64,000 nt of DNA from an uncultured delta proteobacterium (GTDB taxonomy: Bacteria; Desulfobacterota; RBG-13-43-22). Shown piece after piece: positions 57,014 to 64,000 of the stretch. The notes under the pieces are model-generated. The model saw only the letters and a program-made list of their open reading frames with translations. It had not been told where the DNA came from and did not search any database. Position 1 is the stretch's first letter, and the number at the start of each line of letters is the position of its first letter. The stretch lies in the NCBI GenBank assembly GCA_963843145.1, contig CAWJJC010000020.1:713788-777787 (forward strand). Direction: 5' to 3'. A program made the translations under genes and the position numbers.

Positions 57014-57400
57014 ATGGCCATGAAATCCAACAACCTATTGTACAGCGCTCTGTTTTTATTGTTAATTCTAACCGGCTTCTGGGTGCTGCCCGGATCGGTC
57101 TTCGCCGATTACCGCCAATATTACGGCTGGGGGCCAGGCATGATGGGCTGGGGGGGGACGACGGGGTGGTTTGGGCCCTTGGGGATGATCCTTTTCTGGG
57201 TGGTAATCATCCTCGTGATCGTTCTGCTGGTCCGGGGGATCCGGACTTCGAAAGGGACCGTTCAGCAGTTTGGGCCGGCCCCGGAATCGGCCCTGGAAAT
57301 CCTCAAAAAACGATATGCCCGGGGTGAGATCAACAAGGAAGAATACCTAGAAAAGAAAAAAGGATCTGGAATAGAAAACTTATTTTTGGCTAACCTTTGA
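57014..57400 (+). CDS. SHOCT-domain membrane protein; true stop probably near 57373 (extra A in a homopolymer)
   Basis: GPGMMGWGG, TM helix, ALEILKKRYARGEI.KEEY.EKK; removing one A gives ...EKKKDLE*. Confidence 0.8.
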   Translation: MAMKSNNLLYSALFLLLILTGFWVLPGSVFADYRQYYGWGPGMMGWGGTTGWFGPLGMILFWVVIILVIVLLVRGIRTSKGTVQQFGPAPESALEILKKRYARGEINKEEYLEKKKGSGIENLFLANL

Positions 57401-57427
57401 CCCGTTTCTTGTCTAAAGGAGTATCAT

Positions 57428-58891
57428 ATGAAAGAACTCACCAGAAGGGATTTTTTTAAATACTCCGCCCTGGGCGGAGCCGTCGGTTTGGCCCATCTGG
57501 CCCGGCCTCTTGATTTAATGGGGGCCGCTGCCCCCACACCTTCCCACGCGGTAAAAGAAATCCGGTTTACGGCCGCCGTGACCAGCGTGGATCTGGGGAC
57601 CGGCAAGTCCTTCAAGGCCTGGACCTATAACGGACAGGTCCCGGGGCCTGAAATCCGGGTGAAGGAGGGCCAGCGGCTCCGGGTCATGGTTAAAAACCAG
57701 CTTCCTGAAGGGACGACCGTCCACTGGCACGGTCTGCCGGTTCCCAACCGTATGGACGGCGTTCCCTTTGTCACTCAGAAACCCATCCAGCCCGGAGAAA
57801 CCTTCGTCTATGAATTTGAAGCCAACCCTCCGGGGACGTACTTGTACCATTCCCACGCCTCGTATCAATTGGACCGGGGATTATACGGCACCCTGATCGT
57901 AGAACCCAATCGGGAGGACCTGAAATATGATCGGGAATTCTCCTGGCTCCTGGAAGACTGGGCCACCTTGGATGGCGGCGGCCCGGAGGCTTCCAAAATG
58001 GGCCGGATAGCCCCCCAGATGGGCATGATGGGCGGGATGAGGGGAAGAAGGCGGTTCGGCGGCGGCGGCGGCGGTCCACTCCAGGAACCTCTTTATGATG
58101 TCTATACCATCAACGGGAAAGTTCGGGAGGCCTCCCAGGACTTTAAGGTCAAGAAAGGGGACCGGGTGCGGATACGAATCGGCAATCCCTCCTCCTCCAC
58201 CTTTTACACCCTGCGGATCGCCGGCCATTCCATGACCATCACTCATGCCGACGGCCGGCCGGTTCTTCCTTTTACGGTGGATGCCCTGCGGATCGGCATG
58301 GGTGAACGGTACGATGTCCTGGTGACCGCCGACCATCCCGGCCGGTGGGCCGTCTACACGCTGAACGAACGGTCTCCGTCGGGGGGCCTGATCCTGGGCA
58401 CTCTGTTATATGAAGGGGTTCGCGCCAGGGATTTCAGCAGCGCCCCCGAGGCCTCTTTTCGGATCAATGATTACCGCTTCCTCGAAGGAATGGATGAGAA
58501 GTACCTGATTCCGGTCCAGGGGGAGGCGAATCGTGTCTTCCGAATGACCTTAAGCGGCGGAATGATGGGCTCCCCCTACTGGACCATCAACGGCCGGGCC
58601 TACCCGGATTCAGAGGATCTGACCCTTAAAAAAGGTGAGCGGGTGCGCCTGGAATATTTCAACCGGAGCATGATGAACCACCCCATGCATCTGCATGGCC
58701 ATTTTTTTGAATTGGTGGGAAGCGGAATGGTAACCGGCGTCCGGGTGAAAAAGGATACGATCATTATCCCCGCCCGCATGGGCGGGGGCGCCGTGGAATT
58801 TATCGCCGACAACCCCGGCGTCTGGTTTCATCACTGCCACAACCTTTATCACATGGAAGCGGGGATGGCCAGCCTGGTGAAAGTGATATAA
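57428..58891 (+). CDS. Tat-exported three-domain multicopper oxidase
   Basis: TRRDFFK Tat motif; HWHG, YHSH, HPMHLHGH, HCHNLYHMEAGM copper ligands; Met-rich loops. Confidence 0.93.
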   Translation: MKELTRRDFFKYSALGGAVGLAHLARPLDLMGAAAPTPSHAVKEIRFTAAVTSVDLGTGKSFKAWTYNGQVPGPEIRVKEGQRLRVMVKNQLPEGTTVHWHGLPVPNRMDGVPFVTQKPIQPGETFVYEFEANPPGTYLYHSHASYQLDRGLYGTLIVEPNREDLKYDREFSWLLEDWATLDGGGPEASKMGRIAPQMGMMGGMRGRRRFGGGGGGPLQEPLYDVYTINGKVREASQDFKVKKGDRVRIRIGNPSSSTFYTLRIAGHSMTITHADGRPVLPFTVDALRIGMGERYDVLVTADHPGRWAVYTLNERSPSGGLILGTLLYEGVRARDFSSAPEASFRINDYRFLEGMDEKYLIPVQGEANRVFRMTLSGGMMGSPYWTINGRAYPDSEDLTLKKGERVRLEYFNRSMMNHPMHLHGHFFELVGSGMVTGVRVKKDTIIIPARMGGGAVEFIADNPGVWFHHCHNLYHMEAGMASLVKVI

Positions 58892-58904
58892 CGATTTTGG
58901 TAAG

Positions 58905-58960
58905 GAGCGAAGCGTCGAGGCAATCACCCGGTCGGCACCGGTGATTGCCTCGCTTCACTC
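58905..58960. repeat. Palindromic element (GAGCGAAGCG..GCAATC / GATTGC..CGCTTC type)
   Basis: CGAGGCAATCACC pairs with GGTGATTGCCTCG, with outer GAGCGAAG/CTTCACTC arms. Confidence 0.55.
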
Positions 58961-59024
58961 GCCCTGACAGACTGGAGGACCTTTGCTGAAACAAGTAAAG
59001 GATTGTTGCCCGACTTAAAAATAC

Positions 59025-59058
59025 AGAAAGGCCAAGGGGAATCCCCCTTGGCCTTTCT
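59025..59058. terminator. Bidirectional terminator between convergent genes
   Basis: AGAAAGGCCAAGGGG / CCCCTTGGCCTTTCT perfect 15-bp stem. Confidence 0.8.
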
Positions 59059-59069
59059 CTTTGAGGTTA

Positions 59070-59510
59070 TTAGTTGATGGGACGCACCCAGCCGGTATTC
59101 TTATCAATGGCCAGCTTGGAAACCAGAGAGTTGTCTTTGGTTCGGACCTCACCTTCAAAATAGGTCGTTTTGTCCTCGATCTTTCCGGCCTTAAGGTTGG
59201 GATTCCCGCCGATGTAATTGCTGACGATGGAGGCTGCGTCTTTCTCGCTCAACACTTTCTGCCCGCCGGTGGCCCCGTAGGAGTCGTCCCAGCAGGGCAT
59301 CCCGGAATACTGGCCCCCGTTGCCCTGGTAGGCCGGACCCATCATCGGTCCCCCGTAACCATAGCCGGACCCCATCATGGATCCACCATAGCCATAGCCA
59401 GGCCCCGCCATGTGGCCCCAGCCGCCTCCCGGTCCCCAATAACCGGCTAACGCATAACCGCTGACCCCAAGCCCTAATACCAGAACCGTAACCATTAATA
59501 ATTTTTTCAT
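59070..59510 (-). CDS. Secreted Gly/Met/Tyr-rich protein with a PepSY-like C-terminal domain, in the zraP position
   Basis: AGGAGG RBS, signal peptide ending ALA, (M)MG.GYGYGG repeats, C-terminal A..IV...GKI.D....FE.EV...IDK.TG. Confidence 0.8.
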   Translation of the reverse strand: MKKLLMVTVLVLGLGVSGYALAGYWGPGGGWGHMAGPGYGYGGSMMGSGYGYGGPMMGPAYQGNGGQYSGMPCWDDSYGATGGQKVLSEKDAASIVSNYIGGNPNLKAGKIEDKTTYFEGEVRTKDNSLVSKLAIDKNTGWVRPIN

Positions 59511-59552
59511 AACCATTACCTCCTTAAAAATGTTTTGTTTTGCTTTCATATA

Positions 59553-59570
59553 TTGCAACCGGGATGCCAA
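59553..59570 (-). promoter_or_regulatory. sigma54 -24/-12 promoter of the secreted Gly/Met-rich gene
   Basis: Minus strand TTGGCATCCCGGTTGCAA, GG-N10-GC. Confidence 0.85.
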
Positions 59571-59656
59571 CAGGGTCTTTATTTAATAACCTATTGATTA
59601 TATTATATTAGTATTCGTTAAAGGTGAAGTGAAGTCCTTTAATGAATAATTTGGAT

Positions 59657-59715
59657 GAATAATTTTTATGCACTCGACCTGTTCAAAACGATACTTTTGG
59701 GTAAATTTTATGCAC
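59657..59715. promoter_or_regulatory. Tandem putative ZraR-like activator boxes
   Basis: GAATAATTTTTATGCAC (59657) and GGGTAAATTTTATGCAC (59699), 42 bp apart and upstream of the sigma54 promoter. Confidence 0.6.
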
Positions 59716-59810
59716 TTTGGATGTAGACTAAAATTTCAATTCGTTATAGATTAAAAAGAAAAGGATTCGGGAAGTCCTGAGATATTACCTGAGGGGTTGA
59801 GGGTCCGCTC

Positions 59811-61619
59811 ATGAAATTTTACAACAAAAAGGTTTCGTCCCCGCAAGGCAAAAAGCTATTTTTCCCGATCATCTCCATCCTGGCGGTAGTCGTGACTTTG
59901 CTGGTCATCTTGGGCATCTCAACTTATCGGCATTTAAATCGGGCGCAGATGCGGATGGAAGAATCTTTGTTCCGGGACGGGCAGATTATCCTCAAGAGCC
60001 TCGAGATCTCTTTTCGCACCGGCATGATGGGCATGATGGGCCGGCTCGACAACCTTCAGGATATCATGTCTTCGATAACCACTCTTTCTGATATCCGCTA
60101 TGTGGCCCTCCTGGATCAAAACGGCCTTATTCTGGCCCACAGTGAGGAGCGATTGGTCGGGACTTCCTTTCCCCAAAAAGAGAAATTCCGAGCAATGACC
60201 ACGGGGAATGGGCCCAAGAGCTGGTTTGGGGAAAAGGGAGAATTTGTCGTTTTGAAGCGGCTGGAACCTTTTCCATATCCGGGGATGAACGGTCCCGGCA
60301 TGTCGGGCATGATGTCCATGCGTCGTTCCATGGTGAGTGGGGGTACGGACCTCCTGGATGAAATCCAAACCGGCCGGGTCTTCGCCCTGGTGGCCCTGGA
60401 TACCCGGACTTTTGTGGACGCCCGCCAAAACGACCTTCGACATACCCTTCTGATGGGACTGATTTTGCTGGTCTTGGGGACGGCCGGATTTTATTTTATT
60501 TTTCTGGTTCAAAATTATTATGTGGCCCAAAAGGCCCTGGAATCCATTACCACCTATACCGCCCACGTGGTGGAGCACATGCCCGACGGTCTTATTTCTC
60601 TCGATCCCTCAGGCGCTATCGTCACCCTGAACAGTCGAGCCAGGGACATCCTGGGTCTGACGGGGAAGGTCGATGACCGGCAGGAAATAAAAAAAAGAGT
60701 GCAGCCTTTTCTCCAGCCTTTTATGGTCGCTATTTCCAAGAAGGAGCCTCTTCAGGACCAGGAGACCCCTTTTCCGGTCCGACCCGGTGAAACGATCCCT
60801 GTTTCCTTGAGCGCCGCGCCGGTCGTTTCGGATACGGGGGAAGACCTGGGATCCGTCCTTATCATTAGAGATCTGCGGGAAATCAAGGCGCTGCAGGAGA
60901 AGATTAAAACCAGCGAACGCCTGGCCGGCCTGGGAAGCCTGGCCGCCGGCATGGCCCATGAAATCAGGAATCCCCTCTCTTCCATTAAAGGTTTTGCCCA
61001 GTATTTTTTTAAAAAAAATCCGCCGGAAAGCGAGGGGAGGCAATACAGTCAGGTGATTATCCAGGAGGTGGACCGGTTAAATCGGGTCATTTCCAACCTG
61101 CTGGATTTTGCCAGACCGAAAGAACCGGTATTGGAATTGGTTTCCCTGCCGGAAATCATTCAACACAGTGTCGGGTTGATCAGGGAAAATGCCCGGGCCG
61201 GGGGAATCGAAGTGCGCACCGATATTGGTGGAGGGCTTCCCCCCCTGCTGGCGGACAGGGATCAGCTAACCCAGGTCTTGCTGAATATCGGCTTGAACGG
61301 GTTGGAGGCCCTGGAGGGGGGAGGAACGCTCGTTGTTCGCTGCTCTGCCGACCGGGAAGCCCGAACCCTGGTGATGGAGATCGAGGATAGCGGACCGGGT
61401 ATGTCCGCAGAAGAGCTATCCCGGATTTTCGACCCTTTTTATACCACCAAGAGAAAAGGGACCGGCCTGGGACTGGCCATCGCCTACCGGATCATCGAAA
61501 AACACCGGGGGACCCTGTCGGTCAGGAGCCAACCGGGTTCGGGGACCCTGTTCCGCATTGAACTGCCCCTGCCGACGGAGGAAGGACTTGAAGAAGCAAA
61601 CCGTTCTTTTAGTGGATGA
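59811..61619 (+). CDS. ZraS-like sensor histidine kinase (2 TM, Met-rich periplasmic domain, PAS)
   Basis: RTGM, ILAHS, AHEIRNPLSSIKG H-box, QVLLN, DSGPG, FDPFYTTK..GTGLGL. Confidence 0.9.
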   Translation: MKFYNKKVSSPQGKKLFFPIISILAVVVTLLVILGISTYRHLNRAQMRMEESLFRDGQIILKSLEISFRTGMMGMMGRLDNLQDIMSSITTLSDIRYVALLDQNGLILAHSEERLVGTSFPQKEKFRAMTTGNGPKSWFGEKGEFVVLKRLEPFPYPGMNGPGMSGMMSMRRSMVSGGTDLLDEIQTGRVFALVALDTRTFVDARQNDLRHTLLMGLILLVLGTAGFYFIFLVQNYYVAQKALESITTYTAHVVEHMPDGLISLDPSGAIVTLNSRARDILGLTGKVDDRQEIKKRVQPFLQPFMVAISKKEPLQDQETPFPVRPGETIPVSLSAAPVVSDTGEDLGSVLIIRDLREIKALQEKIKTSERLAGLGSLAAGMAHEIRNPLSSIKGFAQYFFKKNPPESEGRQYSQVIIQEVDRLNRVISNLLDFARPKEPVLELVSLPEIIQHSVGLIRENARAGGIEVRTDIGGGLPPLLADRDQLTQVLLNIGLNGLEALEGGGTLVVRCSADREARTLVMEIEDSGPGMSAEELSRIFDPFYTTKRKGTGLGLAIAYRIIEKHRGTLSVRSQPGSGTLFRIELPLPTEEGLEEANRSFSG

Positions 61620-62935
61620 CGAACCCAGTCACCGCCTGATGTTGCGGGCCCACCTGCGGGAAGAAGGATTTGAAACGGAGGAGGCCGCCGACGGGCAGGA
61701 GGCGGTGGATCGGGTAGGCCGCCATTTCTACGATCTGGTTTTGATGGACGTCCGCATGCCGATCCTGGATGGCATTGAGGCCCTTCAGCGGATTAAAAAG
61801 ATAAGCCCGGCCATACCGGTCATCATGATGACCGCTTACGGATCCATCGATTCCGCCGTTGAGGCCCTGAAATCCGGCGCCGATGATTACCTGACCAAAC
61901 CCCTCGATATGGAGGAGCTCCTTTTGAAGGTGAAGAAGGTGCTTCGCTACCGACAACTGGAGGAGGAAAACCGGTTCAACCGGGAGCGGTTGGGAGTGCA
62001 GTTTGATTTCTCCAACATCATCGGAAAAAGTCCGCCCATGGAAAAGCTTTTTGAGACCCTGTCCCTGGTGGCCCCGACCGATGCCACGGTGTTGCTTCTG
62101 GGGGGAAAGCGGAACCGGAAAGGAACTGGTGGCTAACGCCATCCATCAGAACAGTCCCCGTCAGGAGAAACCCTATATCAAGGTGAACTGCGCCGCCCTT
62201 CCGGAATCCCTGCTGGAGAGCGAGCTCTTCGGTCACGAAAAAGGCGCTTTCACCGGCGCCCTCTCCAAAAAAAAGGGCGCTTTGAACTGGCAGACGGCGG
62301 GACCATTTTTCTGGACGAAATCGGGGAGATGAGTCCGGCTACCCAGACCAAAATTTTGAGGGTCCTTCAGGAACAGGAGTTCGAGGCCGTGGGGGGGACC
62401 AAGACCATCCGGGTGGATGTCCGGGTTATCACCGCCACGCACAAAGACCTCGAGACGGCCATCAAAGAAGGGACCTTTCGCGAGGACCTTTATTACCGGC
62501 TCAACGTGGTGCCGATCCAAATTCCGCCTTTACGCGATAGAAAGGAAGACATCCCCATTCTGGCGGAACATTTCTTAAAAATCTATGCGGACAAAAATAA
62601 TCGACCGCTTCACGGGTTTGAACCGCAGGTCATGGACGCGCTGGTCCGGTATGCCTGGCCGGGGAATGTCCGGGAGCTGGAAAATAACGTGGAACGGATG
62701 GTGGTCATGAGCCGCGGGGAAACGATTCTCAACCAGGACCTATCTCCGTCCTGAAGCCGCCGCCGGAAGAAGAACAGGAATCAAGAAGCCTCATCGGTTC
62801 TTCCTTGAAGGACATTGAAAAAGAAGTCATCCTCAAGACCCTGGAGCAGGCAGGGGCAACCGCACTCATACCGCTCGGATCCTGGGTGTAACCCGCAAGA
62901 CCCTACAGAACAAGATCAAGGAATACGGAATATGA
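61588..62935 (+). CDS. ZraR-like sigma54-dependent response regulator, split by several frameshifts (probably assembly errors)
   Basis: Receiver domain (DVRMP), [42 protein letters not shown] and an HTH ending [13 protein letters not shown], in changing frames; two of the shifts sit in G and A runs (~62100, ~62270). Confidence 0.85.
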
Positions 62936-64000
62936 AAAAAGAAACCCTGTGTGTCCACGGCGGCGGCTACCGGGATCCCATCACCCGGGGCCTGAACACT
63001 CCGATTTTCACTTCCTCCTCCTACGAATACCTGGACCGGGAGGAATGTCCCTATCCGCGCTATTTCAACACCCCCAATCAGGAAGCGGTGGTTCGAAAGA
63101 TGTGCGCCCTGGAGGGAGGCGAGGACGGAGTCCTCTTCAGTTCCGGCATGGCGGCCATGAGCACGGCTATCCTGGCCTTTGCTGGCGCCGGGGACCACAT
63201 GGTCCTGATGGATGAACGTACGGCGGGACCCACGCCATCGCTACGAACGAGTTCAAGCGGCTGAACATCGATTACGCCTCGCGCCGACCGAAGCTGAAGC
63301 CATCGTGCGGTCCTCCCACCGGACCCGGTGATCGTGATCGAATCCCTGACCAATCCCCTCCTGGTCAGTCGACATTCGCCGCGTAGCGGCCTTAGCCCGG
63401 GAGCGGGCATCACCACGATAATGACAACTCCTTTGCCACCCCAATAAACAGAACCCCTTGACCATGGGAGTCGACGTGGTGGTCCATAGCGGGCCAAGAA
63501 CCTGGGGGGTCACAGCGATCTTTGCTGCGGGGTGGTGGTGACCTGGGCCGAAAAGGCCGCGCGCGTGCGGGACCTGGCCCGGAACCTGGGCGGCAGTCTG
63601 GATGTCAACAGCGCCTACCTCCTGGAACGGAGCCTCAGGACGCCTGGCTGAGGGTCCGGCGTCCGTCCAGAACGCCCAGCGCCTGGCGGAGTTCCTGGAG
63701 CGGGGGCGGGGGTCGTCCAGGTCTTTTTATCCCGGGCTGAAGACCGCTCCGGGCCGCTGGCTGACCCCCACCCCCCGATGCGAGCCTTTTGGGGGTATGC
63801 TTTCCTTTCGGATCTCGATCAAGGAGAGGTTCGCCTCCTCCCAATCCTGCCGGAGCCTGCAATTGATCAAGCCGGCCGTGAGCCTCCGGCGGCGTGGAAT
63901 CGACCATCTTGCGCCCCGGCGGTCACCTCCCATGCCGAGTGTCCGCCGCCAGAGAGAGCGGAATGGCAGCTGCTCGTATTCCTTGTCCGGACTATGGGTC
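62932..64000 (+). CDS. Cys/Met metabolism PLP-dependent lyase (cystathionine beta-lyase/gamma-synthase family); heavily frameshifted, runs off the window
   Basis: YPRYFNTPN, FSSGMAA, IESLTNPLL, DNSFATP, K.LGGHSDL, GGML fragments in shifting frames; ATGA overlap with the regulator stop. Confidence 0.75.

Noticed and set aside
1-64000. CRISPR array, prophage, transposase or defence genes
   Set aside because: No regularly spaced direct repeats and no cas, integrase, transposase or phage motifs were recognised.

Overview
Bacterial chromosomal window, most likely from a deltaproteobacterium (Desulfobacterota-like). This is inferred from the sigma54-driven flagellar genes with csrA/fliW and the cysM-cysS fusion, not from a database search. 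(1) 1-26.6 kb is a large flagellar cluster: fliK(3' end)-flgD-flgE; fliLMNOPQR-flhBAFG-fliA-cheY; an accessory cassette (second fliL, SwrB/DUF2802-like, second FliK-domain gene, FlhB-C-terminal gene); flgFGAHIJNKL-csrA-fliW; and a convergent flgM unit. (2) 26.8-35 kb is a minus-strand run: DUF6178-like, short glmU, glmS, a Cys-rich miniprotein, a cysteine synthase/cysteinyl-tRNA synthetase fusion with a degenerate KMSKS loop, and DUF3786-like. (3) 35-56 kb holds housekeeping and stress genes: RidA, cls plus EEP hydrolase, two THUMP rRNA methyltransferases, M48 peptidase, tamAB, an mscS-DUF5752-treT-TPSP-tspO trehalose operon, DUF72, crotonase and tag. (4) 57-64 kb is a Met-rich, probably copper-related sigma54 module: SHOCT protein, Tat multicopper oxidase, a secreted Gly/Met-rich protein divergent from a ZraS/ZraR-like pair, and a Cys/Met PLP lyase. 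An unannotated non-coding palindromic repeat family occurs at 2505-2813 and 31984-32122. Indels increase sharply in the last ~2 kb and look like assembly errors. No CRISPR, rRNA, tRNA or transposase was seen. Family names are from motif recognition only.
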